A DNA stretch of 43,169 nucleotides from Nitriliruptorales bacterium (GCA_036396595.1 DASWKO010000007.1:1-43169), one strand, 5' to 3'. Counted from the first letter of the stretch, positions 8,585-17,503 are shown. Translations and numbers: made by a program. The notes: generated by a model from the sequence alone, not told the origin.

Positions 8585-8747
8585 CCCACGGGATCACGCT
8601 GGCGCCCGGTCCCCCACCGGGCGCGTCGGTGCCCGTGGGCGCTCCGGGCCGACCCCCCCGTACGGCCCAGGAGCCTGGCACCGCACAGCGGTGCCACCCC
8701 GAACGGAGGGCCCGGCGGTCTCCCCGACCGTCGGGCCCTTCGTTTGT
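8585..8747 (+). ncRNA. Candidate structured small RNA or 3'UTR element with C-rich loops (6C-like)
   Basis: Outer helix 8585-8592/8632-8639 encloses a perfect 9-bp hairpin 8602-8624 (loop CCCCC). Hairpin 8646-8668 has loop ACCCCCCCGTA. Hairpin 8677-8695 is a perfect 8-bp stem. Terminator hairpin 8708-8738 has loop TCCCC and a U-rich tail. No credible ORF. Confidence 0.35.
8708..8747 (+). terminator. Rho-independent terminator
   Basis: 13-bp GC-rich stem GGGCCCGGCGGTC/GACCGTCGGGCCC (one G-U pair), 5-nt loop, tail TTCGTTTGT. Confidence 0.55.
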
Positions 8748-8782
8748 CCACGCGCCGGTGGCCGTGCGGCCGGGTTGCGGTC

Positions 8783-8818
8783 GTAACCTACGGTGGCGTA
8801 GGTTACGATTACGTAACC
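8783..8818. promoter_or_regulatory. Candidate operator upstream of the desaturase: GTAACCTAC-N6-GTAGGTTAC overlapping GGTTAC-N6-GTAACC
   Basis: Perfect 9-bp inverted repeat 8783-8806 and a second 6-bp inverted repeat 8801-8818 share a half-site. The patch is locally AT-richer and sits 33 nt before the desaturase start. Confidence 0.5.
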
Positions 8819-8850
8819 GAACCTGCCCGTTGGAACGACCGGAGATCACC

Positions 8851-9816
8851 TTGACTCCCTCCCTCGCCACCGCACGCCAGCAGGCCAAGGACCGTGTCGC
8901 GTCGATCCGGGGCGTGTTCCGCCTCAGCGACGACGAGGTCAAGGTCCAGCGCCGCATCACCCTCATCTTCGTCGTCGGGCCCCTCGTGGGCGTCGTGCTG
9001 GCGGCCATGGCCGCCTGGGGCTGGGGCATGAGCCCGCTCGACCTGAGCCTGCTGCTGGGCCTGTACGTCTTCACCGGTCTCGGCGTGACGGTCGGCTACC
9101 ACCGGCACTTCACGCACAGGAGCTTCGACGCCCCCCGGCCGGTCCGGTGGGTGCTGGCGGTGGCGGGCTCGCTGGCGATCCAGGGCTCGGTCATCGCGTG
9201 GGTCGCCGACCACCGGCGCCACCATGCCTACTCCGACGAGTTCGGTGACCCGCACAGCCCGCACCTGTCCGAGAAGACCGGTGCGGCCGGGGTGCTGCAG
9301 GGTCTGTGGCACGCGCACGTCGGCTGGTTCACCGAGCCCGAGCGCACCGAGCACACCGTGTGGGCGCCTGACCTCCTCGGGGACCGGACGGTCGCCCGGG
9401 TCGACCGCGCGTTCCCGCGGCTGGTCCTCACGAGCTTCCTGCTGCCGGCGCTGGTCGGCGGGTTGGTGACCATGAGCATCTGGGGCGCCGTGACCGCGTT
9501 CCTCTGGGGTTCGCTGGTCCGCATTGCGCTGCTGCACCACGTGACGTGGAGCATCAACTCCATCTGCCACTTCTACGGGACCCGTCCGTTCAAGAGCCAC
9601 GACGAGAGCCGCAACAACCTCGTCATGGGCCTGCTCGCCTTCGGCGAGGGCTGGCACAACGCGCACCACGCGTTCCCCGCGTCCGCGCGGCACGGGCTGC
9701 GGTGGTGGGAGTTCGACATGAGCTGGGTGGTGATCCGCACGCTCCAGTTCACGCGTCTGGCGCGCAACGTCAAGCTGCCGTCGCCCAGCCAGGTGGCCCG
9801 CAAAGCGGCAGGGTGA
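8851..9816 (+). CDS. Membrane acyl-CoA (delta-9 type) fatty acid desaturase
   Basis: Three histidine boxes: HRHFTH, HRRHHAYSD, HNAHHAF. TTG start at 8851 with GGAG 6 nt upstream. The track ORF 7990-9816 is trimmed because its N-terminal part is shadow sequence. Confidence 0.9.
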   Translation: MTPSLATARQQAKDRVASIRGVFRLSDDEVKVQRRITLIFVVGPLVGVVLAAMAAWGWGMSPLDLSLLLGLYVFTGLGVTVGYHRHFTHRSFDAPRPVRWVLAVAGSLAIQGSVIAWVADHRRHHAYSDEFGDPHSPHLSEKTGAAGVLQGLWHAHVGWFTEPERTEHTVWAPDLLGDRTVARVDRAFPRLVLTSFLLPALVGGLVTMSIWGAVTAFLWGSLVRIALLHHVTWSINSICHFYGTRPFKSHDESRNNLVMGLLAFGEGWHNAHHAFPASARHGLRWWEFDMSWVVIRTLQFTRLARNVKLPSPSQVARKAAG

Positions 9817-9875
9817 CCCGGCAGCCCGCGCCCGACGCCCGGCCCGAGGGCACGACCGCCAAGCCTCGCACCCGC

Positions 9876-10487
9876 ATGACCGGTCGCGAGCGCCGCGAGC
9901 AGCTCCTCACCGTCGGTCGCCGCATCTTCGCCGAGAACGGCTACGAGGCGACCACGGTCGAGGAGATCGCGGAGGCTGCGGGCATCACCAAGCCGGTGGT
10001 CTACGAGCACTTCGGCGGCAAGGAGGGCCTGTACGCGGTCATCGTGGACCGCGAGGAGGCCCGCCTGCTCGAGCGCATCACGGCGGTGCTGGCGGCCGAG
10101 CACCCGCGCCAGGCGGTCGAGCAGGCCGCCGACGCGTTCCTCGGGTACATCGAGGAGCACCCCGACGGCTTCCGGGTCCTCACCCGGGACGCGCCCATCG
10201 GCGTGGGCACGTTCGCCAGCCTCATCGGCGACATCGCCGAGAGCGTGACCGACGTGTTCAGCGTCCACTTCCGGGCCCGCGGCTACCCGGCCGAGCATGC
10301 GCCCGTGTACGCCCGCGCGCTGGTGGGCATGGTCGCGATGGTCGGCGAGTGGTGGCTGCACGAGCGCGAGTTCGCCTCGGGCGCGGCTGGACTGGTGCGC
10401 ACCCCGTCGCGTGCGCAGGTGCGGGCCCACCTCGTCAACCTCTCGTGGAACGGCCTGAAGGACCTCGAGATCGACCCGCACGTCTGA
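9876..10487 (+). CDS. TetR/AcrR family transcriptional regulator
   Basis: HTH RREQLLTVGRRIFAENGYEATTVEEIAEAAGITKPVVYEHFGGKEGLY. An alternative GTG start at 9813 overlaps the desaturase stop (GTGA). Confidence 0.85.
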   Translation: MTGRERREQLLTVGRRIFAENGYEATTVEEIAEAAGITKPVVYEHFGGKEGLYAVIVDREEARLLERITAVLAAEHPRQAVEQAADAFLGYIEEHPDGFRVLTRDAPIGVGTFASLIGDIAESVTDVFSVHFRARGYPAEHAPVYARALVGMVAMVGEWWLHEREFASGAAGLVRTPSRAQVRAHLVNLSWNGLKDLEIDPHV

Positions 10488-10608
10488 CGACCGGGTCGAG
10501 GCCGTAGGCTGGGACCGTCGTCCGACCCCGTGCCCGGAGCCTCCCATCGTCCCGACGCCCCCGCTGACGTCGCGCCTGCGCGCGTTCGGCACCACGATCT
10601 TCAGCGAG

Positions 10609-11718
10609 ATGACCGCGCTGGCCCAGCAGCACGACGCGGTGAACCTCGGCCAGGGCTTTCCGGACGAGGACGGCCCGGCGCAGGTGCTGGCCGCGGCCCA
10701 GCAGGCGATCGCCGACGGCCACAACCAGTACGCACCCGGCCCCGGCATCCCGGCGCTGCGTGAAGCGGTGGCCGAGCACGGCCAGCGCTTCCACGGACTG
10801 CGCTACGACCCGGGCACCGAGGTGAGCGTCACCTTCGGAGCGACCGAGGGCCTGTCCGCCTCGTTGCTGGGCATCTGCGATCCAGGCGACGAGGTCGTGG
10901 TGATCGAGCCGAGCTACGACGCCTACGACGTCGCGATCGCGCTGGCCCATGCCGTGCGCGTCCCGGTGCCGCTGGTGGCGCCGGACTTCCACCTCGACCT
11001 CGATCGGCTGCGCGCGGCGGTCTCGGACCGGACGCGCGCCATCATCCTGAACTCGCCGCACAACCCCACCGGCTCCGCGCTGTCCGCGGACGAGCTCGAA
11101 GCCATCGCCGGGCTCTGTCAGCGCCACGATGCCGTCGCGGTGTCCGACGAGGTCTACGAGCACCTGGTGTTCGCGGGCGAGCACCGCTCCATTGCGCAGG
11201 TCGACGGCATGCGCGACCGCACGGTACGGATCTCGTCCGCCGCCAAGTCGTTCAGCGTCACGGGATGGAAGACCGGCTGGGTCTGTGCACCGCCCCCGCT
11301 GACCGACGCGGTGCGGATGGTCAAGAGCTACACCACCTTCTCGGGGGGCACGCCGTTCCAGCACGCGATCGCGCAGGCGTTGCGGCTGGACGACAGCTAC
11401 TTCAACGGGTTGGCCGGCGACTACCGCAACCGCCGGGACCGGCTGGTCGATGGCCTGCGCGGGGTCGGGTTCGACGTCACCGAGCCCGTGGGCACCTACT
11501 TCGTCGCGGCTGACGCGTCTGCCCTCGGCGTGGACGACGGGGTTGCGTTCTGCCGGTCGCTTCCGGAGCAGGCAGGCGTGGTCGCGATCCCGATCGGCGT
11601 GTTCTGCGAGGACCCGCGGGCCCTGGCCTCCTGGATCCGGTTCGCCACCTGCAAGCGTCCGCAGGTCCTGGACGAGGGCATCGCCCGCCTCGCCGCCCTC
11701 GCCGACCGACAGGGCTGA
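10609..11718 (+). CDS. Class I PLP-dependent aminotransferase, YbdL/glutamine-transaminase-K-like
   Basis: NLGQGFPD, NQYAP, and PLP-lysine region SSAAKSFSVTGWKTGW. The true start is probably upstream of 10609 (see findings). Confidence 0.85.
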   Translation: MTALAQQHDAVNLGQGFPDEDGPAQVLAAAQQAIADGHNQYAPGPGIPALREAVAEHGQRFHGLRYDPGTEVSVTFGATEGLSASLLGICDPGDEVVVIEPSYDAYDVAIALAHAVRVPVPLVAPDFHLDLDRLRAAVSDRTRAIILNSPHNPTGSALSADELEAIAGLCQRHDAVAVSDEVYEHLVFAGEHRSIAQVDGMRDRTVRISSAAKSFSVTGWKTGWVCAPPPLTDAVRMVKSYTTFSGGTPFQHAIAQALRLDDSYFNGLAGDYRNRRDRLVDGLRGVGFDVTEPVGTYFVAADASALGVDDGVAFCRSLPEQAGVVAIPIGVFCEDPRALASWIRFATCKRPQVLDEGIARLAALADRQG

Positions 11719-11721
11719 GCG

Positions 11722-12516
11722 ATGGTCACCGTCGCCGCCATCCAGCACGACATCTGGTGGGAGCAGCCGGCCATGAACTTCGAGCGGCTGGCCCCGCGCA
11801 TCGCCGCGGCTGCCGGCTCGGGGGCCCGGCTGGTGGTGCTCACCGAGATGTTCTCCACCGGGTTCTCGATGCACACCGACGCTACGGCGGAGCCGCTGGA
11901 CGGCCCGAGCACGACGTTCCTCATCGAACAGGCGGCGCGGACCGGCGCCTGGGTCGGTGGCACGCTGCCGGCCCTGCACGACGGCTTCGATCGGCCCCAC
12001 AACACGTTCACGCTGGCGGGACCCGACGGTCAGGTACACCGCTACAGCAAGATCCACCCGTTCACGTACTCAGGCGAGCACGAGCACTTCGCGTCCGGCC
12101 AGGAGCTGCTGACCGTGGACGTCGGGTCCCTGCGCGTCACCATGTTCGTCTGCTACGACCTGCGCTTCGCCGACGAGTTCTGGACGACCGCGCTGAACAC
12201 CGACGTCTACCTGATCCCGGCCAACTGGCCCGAGTCGCGCCGCACGCACTGGCAGGCGTTGCTCCGGGCGCGGGCGATCGAGAACCAGGCCTACGTCGTG
12301 GGCTGCAACCGGGTCGGGACCGGCGGCAAGCTCAGCTACGTGGGTGACTCCGCGATCATCGACCCCTACGGCCGGGTGCTGGCCGAGGCCGCCCACACCG
12401 AGTCGACCCTGTACGCCGAGGTCGATCCGCTGGTGGTGCGCGAGACCCGGGAGCGCTACCCGTTCCTCCAGGACCGCCGCCACGACCAGCTCCTCCCAAG
12501 CGAGAGGCAACCGTGA
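11722..12516 (+). CDS. Carbon-nitrogen hydrolase, YafV/Nit2-type omega-amidase-like
   Basis: Glu-Lys-Cys triad contexts LTEMF, YSKIHPF, MFVCYDLRF, plus ARAIENQAYVVGCNRVG. Confidence 0.85.
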   Translation: MVTVAAIQHDIWWEQPAMNFERLAPRIAAAAGSGARLVVLTEMFSTGFSMHTDATAEPLDGPSTTFLIEQAARTGAWVGGTLPALHDGFDRPHNTFTLAGPDGQVHRYSKIHPFTYSGEHEHFASGQELLTVDVGSLRVTMFVCYDLRFADEFWTTALNTDVYLIPANWPESRRTHWQALLRARAIENQAYVVGCNRVGTGGKLSYVGDSAIIDPYGRVLAEAAHTESTLYAEVDPLVVRETRERYPFLQDRRHDQLLPSERQP

Positions 12517-13418
12517 CCGATCACCTGCGCGTCGCCGTGACCGGGCCGACCGGTCTGCTCGGGACGCACCTGCGCGAGCACCTGGCTGACCTGGGACACC
12601 AGGTCCACCAGGTCGTGCGTCGCCGCGAGCTGGCCACGGGCGGCGACATCTACTACTCGCCTTCCGCGGGCGAGATCGACGCCCACGGGTTCCAGGGCGT
12701 CGACGTGGTCGTCCACCTGGCCGGCCACCCCATCGGCGGCGAGCGCTGGACCGACGAGGTCAGGCGCAAGATACGTGACAGCCGGGTCCAGGGGACCAGT
12801 CTGCTGGCTGAGGCGCTGGCGTCGCTCGACGCCCCGCCGACGGTGCTCGTGTCGGCCTCTGCGGTCGGGTACTACGGGGACCGTGGGGACGAGATCCTGA
12901 CCGAGTCCAGCCGGCCCGGAGGCGACTTCCTGGCCGAGGTCTGCGTCGCCTGGGAGGCAGCAGCCGAGCCCGCACGTGCCGCCGGGATCCGCGTCGTGCA
13001 CCCACGGACCGGGATCGTGCTGGGCCAGGGCGCCCCGTTGATCGAGAAGATCGAGCTGCCGTTCAAGCTCGGCGTCGGTGGCCGGATCGGCGATGGTCGG
13101 ACGTGGTACCCGTGGATCGCGCTCGAGGACGAGATCCGTGCGCTGTGGTTCTGCGCGACGTCCGAGCTGTCGGGCGGTGTCAACCTCACCTCGCCCAACC
13201 CCGTGCGCAACGCCGAGCTGACCAAGGCGCTGGGCGAGGCGATGAGGCGTCCGACGATGTTCCCGGTGCCGGCGTTGGCGTTGCGGGCGCTGTACGGGCA
13301 GATGGGCGTGACGTTGGCGACCACCTCCGGGCGGGCGCTGCCCGAGAAGCTGCTGGAGGCCGGGTTCCAGTTCCGCTACCGCTACGTGCGGGAGGCGCTG
13401 CAGGCCGTGTTCGGGTGA
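12513..13418 (+). CDS. TIGR01777/YfcH-type NAD-dependent epimerase family protein (SDR39U1-like, DUF1731 C-terminus)
   Basis: VTGPTGLLGTHL Rossmann motif; C-terminal RALPEKLLEAGFQFRY. GTG start overlaps the upstream stop (GTGA). Confidence 0.8.
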   Translation: MTDHLRVAVTGPTGLLGTHLREHLADLGHQVHQVVRRRELATGGDIYYSPSAGEIDAHGFQGVDVVVHLAGHPIGGERWTDEVRRKIRDSRVQGTSLLAEALASLDAPPTVLVSASAVGYYGDRGDEILTESSRPGGDFLAEVCVAWEAAAEPARAAGIRVVHPRTGIVLGQGAPLIEKIELPFKLGVGGRIGDGRTWYPWIALEDEIRALWFCATSELSGGVNLTSPNPVRNAELTKALGEAMRRPTMFPVPALALRALYGQMGVTLATTSGRALPEKLLEAGFQFRYRYVREALQAVFG

Positions 13419-13452
13419 GCCGGGCCGGTCGCCACCGCAGGGGCCGGGCCGT

Positions 13453-14229
13453 TCAGTCTGCGAGGGTGGCCTGCAGCCGTCGCATCCCGGCCAGCCAGCG
13501 CTCGCGGTCGGTGGCCCGGCGCTGCTCGTACGTGGCGACCTCGGGGTGGGGCAGGTGCAGGAACCGGCCCTCACGAAGCCCGTCGACGACGACGTCGGCG
13601 ACCTGCTCGGGGTGGATCGCCATGCTCCGGACGAACTCGGCGCTCGCGGGGGAGTCGGAGGCGGCCTCGAGCATCGCGGTGTCGACGAACTGCGGGCACA
13701 GGCACGACGCGCGCACGCCGCGATCGGCGTAGGTGATCTCGAGCCACTCGGCCAGCGCGACGGCGGCGTGCTTGGTCAGCGAGTACGGCAGCGCGCCCAG
13801 GTTGGTGAGCAGCCCGGCGGCCGAGGCGGTCACCAGGATGTGACCGCTGCCGCGCTCGAGCATGGACGGCAGCACGGCCCGCGCTCCCCAGACACCTTGC
13901 ATGACGTTGACCCGCCACGACGCCTCGAAGTCCTCGTCGGGCGCGTCCGGCCCGCCCCCGCGCGCGATCCCGGCGTTGGCGACGAACAGGTCCACCGGCC
14001 CGAACCGCTGCTCGGTGCGGGTCACCGCGGCCCGGATCTGGTCCTCGTCACCCACGTCGGCGACCACGGCCAGCCCGCCGATGTCCTCGGCGACGGTCGT
14101 GGCGGCGGCTTCGTCGAGATCCACCACGGTGACGCCCGCAGCCCCCTCCCTCGCGAAGCGCCGCGCCAGCGCGGCGCCGATGCCGTTGCCCGCGCCCGTC
14201 ACGATCACCACCGCTGCTTCGAGTTCCAC
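13453..14229 (-). CDS. SDR family oxidoreductase
   Basis: TGAGNGIGAAL cofactor motif; catalytic YSLTKHA (YxxxK). Confidence 0.85.
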   Translation of the reverse strand: MELEAAVVIVTGAGNGIGAALARRFAREGAAGVTVVDLDEAAATTVAEDIGGLAVVADVGDEDQIRAAVTRTEQRFGPVDLFVANAGIARGGGPDAPDEDFEASWRVNVMQGVWGARAVLPSMLERGSGHILVTASAAGLLTNLGALPYSLTKHAAVALAEWLEITYADRGVRASCLCPQFVDTAMLEAASDSPASAEFVRSMAIHPEQVADVVVDGLREGRFLHLPHPEVATYEQRRATDRERWLAGMRRLQATLAD

Positions 14230-14333
14230 CGTGACTCCTCACGTCGCCGTCGCGCACCCGCCGTGCGGGGTCGACCTACTCTACGGGGGCGCACGGTAGG
14301 GCAACCGCCACGACGAACGCTGCGAGGACGAGC

Positions 14334-15152
14334 ATGCAGGACGTGGTGGTCGGCGTCACCGCCGGGAGGCGGGCCGAGCAGTTGGCGGGTGCGCTCGAAC
14401 GCCGGGGAGCGCGCACGGTCGTGGGACCGACCGTCGGGGGCGACGAGCCGGTTCCTGACGCGGATCTGGCGGTGGCCACCGACGTGATCGTGGCGGCCGC
14501 GCCGGACTGGCTCGTGGCCAACACGGGTGCAGGGATGCGCCTGTGGATCGACGCCGCCGAGCGCACCGGCCGGCTGCTCGCGTTCCGGGCGCTGGTCGAG
14601 CGCGCCCGGTGCGTCGCCCGAGGCGCCAAGGCCGTGTCGGGGCTGCGGCGACTGGGAGTCGAGCCCGAGTGGATCCCCGACGGCCAGACGGATGCCGAGG
14701 TCGTCCGCCGGCTGCGCTGCGAGGCAGAGGAAGGCCAGACCGTGGCGGTCCAGCTCCACGGCAGCCCGACCAGCCACCCCTACGGTGACCTCCGGAGCAA
14801 GGTGTCGGTGCTGACCATCACGCCGTACCTGTCGGTGCTACCGGAGGATCTCCAGCCCGCGCAGGAGCTCATCGCGCGCACGCTGGCTGGCGACGTCGAC
14901 GTCGTGACGTTCACCTCGCCGAGCGCCGTTCGCGGGCTGTTCACCATCGCCGAGCAGGCGAGCCCGGAGCAACCGGAGCAGCTCCGTCACCTGTTCCGCG
15001 AGCGGGTCGCCGTGGCAGCCATCGGGTCGGTCACGCGATCGGCGCTGGAGGGCCTCGGTGTCGCCGTGACGATCGTGCCCCTGCGGCCCCGCAACGGAGC
15101 GCTCGTGTCGGCCATCGAGGAGTGGACCGCCGCCCGGCTCCCGCGGGCATGA
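14334..15152 (+). CDS. Uroporphyrinogen-III synthase (HemD/HEM4) domain protein
   Basis: Two-lobed pattern with VDVVTFTSPSAVRGLF and AAIGSVTRSALEGLG typical of HEM4; standalone with no other heme genes nearby. Confidence 0.65.
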   Translation: MQDVVVGVTAGRRAEQLAGALERRGARTVVGPTVGGDEPVPDADLAVATDVIVAAAPDWLVANTGAGMRLWIDAAERTGRLLAFRALVERARCVARGAKAVSGLRRLGVEPEWIPDGQTDAEVVRRLRCEAEEGQTVAVQLHGSPTSHPYGDLRSKVSVLTITPYLSVLPEDLQPAQELIARTLAGDVDVVTFTSPSAVRGLFTIAEQASPEQPEQLRHLFRERVAVAAIGSVTRSALEGLGVAVTIVPLRPRNGALVSAIEEWTAARLPRA

Positions 15153-15182
15153 CGCCCGCGGCCGGGGCGCGTCGGGCGACCG

Positions 15183-15935
15183 TCACGGCACCCAGGGAGC
15201 GTCGGTCTTCTCGCGGAACGCGGCGATGCCGGCACGCGCCTCGTCACTGGCGAAGCGCTCGGCCGACAGGCGCTCGGTCCAGGGCCAGGCCCCGTCGGGG
15301 TGCATCCTCGGAACGTCGTAGACCAGGCGCTTGGTCACGGCCAGCGCTTCGGGGCCGCCCCGGACGATCTTGCCGGTGAGCTCCTCGACGGCCGCGTCGA
15401 GCTCGTGACGCGGGACGGCACGGTTGACGATGCCGGCGTCGGCCGCGCGCGCCGCGCCGACCTTCTCGCCCGACAGGAACAGCTCCATGGCCTCGCCCCG
15501 CCGCAGCTTGGGCAGCACCACGACCGAGATCATCGCCGGTGCCACGCCGAGGCGGACCTCGGTGAAGCCGAACACGACGTCGTCGGCCGCGATCGACAGG
15601 TCGCAGGCGGCCGCGAGGCCGACGCCCCCTCCGGTGCAGTGGCCGGCGATCCGCCCGACCACGGGCTTGGGGTGCGACTGCATGCTCTGGATCAGCTCGG
15701 GCAGCGTGTAGCGCGGCTCCTGGTCGTCGCCGCCCTTCAGGTCGGCGCCCGCGCAGAACGCGGGTCCATCGTTGGTCAGCACGATCACCCGGACGTCGTG
15801 ACGATCCTCGGCGCCGGCCAGCGCGTCACCGAGACCGTTGACCAGGCTGGGCGACAGCGCGTTGCGGTTCTCCGGTCGGGCCAGCGTGATCGTGAGCGTG
15901 CCGGCATCCAGGTCGGTGCGGACGGCATCGGACAC
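15183..15935 (-). CDS. Enoyl-CoA hydratase/isomerase (crotonase) family protein
   Basis: FCAGADL oxyanion motif and GHCTGGGVGLAAACDLSIAADDVVFGFTEVRLG. Confidence 0.85.
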   Translation of the reverse strand: MSDAVRTDLDAGTLTITLARPENRNALSPSLVNGLGDALAGAEDRHDVRVIVLTNDGPAFCAGADLKGGDDQEPRYTLPELIQSMQSHPKPVVGRIAGHCTGGGVGLAAACDLSIAADDVVFGFTEVRLGVAPAMISVVVLPKLRRGEAMELFLSGEKVGAARAADAGIVNRAVPRHELDAAVEELTGKIVRGGPEALAVTKRLVYDVPRMHPDGAWPWTERLSAERFASDEARAGIAAFREKTDAPWVP

Positions 15936-16006
15936 GGCGGACCTCCGGATCGCGCGGTGGTGGCTGGACGCGCACCGTATCGATGCCGACGCACGAGGAC
16001 TTCGTG

Positions 16007-17401
16007 CTACGCGGCACCTGCGACCTTCTCGAGTTCGACGAGCCCCGCTTCGAGGTGGTCGATGATGCGCTGCACGCTGGGCAGGGCTCGCCGGTCGGCG
16101 GTGATACCGAACTCCATCGACCCGGCGTACGACGTCTGCGTGATGTTGATCGCATAGCCCTCGGTCAGCAGCGACAAGGGGTAGATCCCGGTCATCCGCG
16201 CGCCGTTCCAGTACAGCGGCTGCGTCGGTCCGGGCACGTTGCTGATCACCACGTTGTACTCGGGACGGATCCGGCCGGCCAGGCCCGTGAGCTGCCCGAG
16301 GATGATCGGCGCTGACATCAGCAGCCCGTAGGTGACGAGCTGGCCGGTGCTCATCCCGGCCAGCCGCTGCTTGACCGTGTCCATGGATGACCTGATCAGG
16401 TGCAGCCGTTCGATCGGATCTTCCAGGTGGGTGGCGAGGTTCGCGGGGACCAGGCTGATGGCGTTGCCGGCGTCGGCGTCGCCCTCGCGCCGGAAGCTCA
16501 CCGGCACCAGGGCTATCAGTGGCTTCTCGGGCAGGTCACCGTGATCGGTGAGGTACTGCCGCAGCGCGCTGGAGCACATCGCCAGCACCACGTCGTTGAT
16601 CGTGGCGTCCAGCGCCTTGCCGACGGCGCGGATGCGGTCCAGCTCGTAGCTCTGGGCGACGAACCGACGCGCGCTGGTGAGCCGTTGGTTCAGCATGCAG
16701 CTCGGTGCCTGGAACGGAGCGACGTCGGCGGCCGAGAACTGCGCCCGGGCCACCTGCTTGGAGACCGCGACCGCAGCGCCGGCCGTGGAGGTGACGCCCT
16801 GGGTGACGGTTCGCAACAGCTCGGCGGCCAACGCGAGGGGGCGCGACCCGCCCGAGGCCTGGTCGGGGCTCGTGCGTGCCGCTTCGCGGAGCGCCCAGGG
16901 CGGTGGCAGCTCCCGCTCGTCGGGATCGGGCGTGAACGACTTCAGGATCTGACGGATCGCTGCCACGCCGTCCATCATCGAGTGGTGCGTCTTGGTGTAG
17001 ATGCCGAAGCGGCCGTCCTCGATGCCCTCGATGAGGTACAGCTCCCACAGGGGCCGGTGGCGGTCCAGCAGCGAGCCGTGCAACGAGGACACCAGGCTGA
17101 GCAGCTCCCGGATGCGGCCCGGTTCGGGCAGCGCCAGGTGGCGCAGGTGGTACTCGAGCTCGACCTCGTCCTCGGTCACCCACTGGTACGTGCCCGCGAC
17201 GCCGTAGGGCCGGGCCAGCCGCTGGTTGAACGGAGGGCGCACGTCGCGGTAGCCCAGTGCCGAAGCCACGAGGTCCTGCAGGTAGTGGGGGCCGGCGTCG
17301 GGCGGAGGCTCGAACAGCATCAAGCCGCCGACGTGCATCGGCCGCTCCCGCCCCTCGATCAGGAGCCAGCCCGCATCGGAGACCGACAACCGCTGCGCCA
17401 A
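16007..17401 (-). CDS. Wax ester synthase/diacylglycerol acyltransferase (WS/DGAT)
   Basis: Active-site HHSMMDGVAA (HHxxxDG); typical length and C-terminal PLYWNGARM region. Confidence 0.9.
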   Translation of the reverse strand: MAQRLSVSDAGWLLIEGRERPMHVGGLMLFEPPPDAGPHYLQDLVASALGYRDVRPPFNQRLARPYGVAGTYQWVTEDEVELEYHLRHLALPEPGRIRELLSLVSSLHGSLLDRHRPLWELYLIEGIEDGRFGIYTKTHHSMMDGVAAIRQILKSFTPDPDERELPPPWALREAARTSPDQASGGSRPLALAAELLRTVTQGVTSTAGAAVAVSKQVARAQFSAADVAPFQAPSCMLNQRLTSARRFVAQSYELDRIRAVGKALDATINDVVLAMCSSALRQYLTDHGDLPEKPLIALVPVSFRREGDADAGNAISLVPANLATHLEDPIERLHLIRSSMDTVKQRLAGMSTGQLVTYGLLMSAPIILGQLTGLAGRIRPEYNVVISNVPGPTQPLYWNGARMTGIYPLSLLTEGYAINITQTSYAGSMEFGITADRRALPSVQRIIDHLEAGLVELEKVAGAA

Positions 17402-17503
17402 CGTGCACCCTCCGATCGAGATCTGACACTAGCGGCGCACGGCCGGGCCCGTGGTGGGTGTGCGTGGCTAGCGTCGCGATCCGTGGACGGCCGTCGCACG
17501 CTC

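Noticed and set aside
8397-9074. Minus-strand ORFs (225 aa and 105 aa) covering the GT4-desaturase spacer
   Set aside because: They are antisense to the desaturase N-terminus and to the hairpin-rich spacer. Their composition is shadow-like. The region is better explained as structured non-coding RNA plus operator.
16400-17503. N-terminal extensions of track ORFs: 16400-18625, and also 7990-9816, 23742-25436, 29893-32712, 37247-38782 and 38410-39807
   Set aside because: The upstream parts overlap other real genes or intergenic DNA and have shadow composition. Recognisable protein families begin at internal starts with plausible RBSs, so the genes were trimmed.
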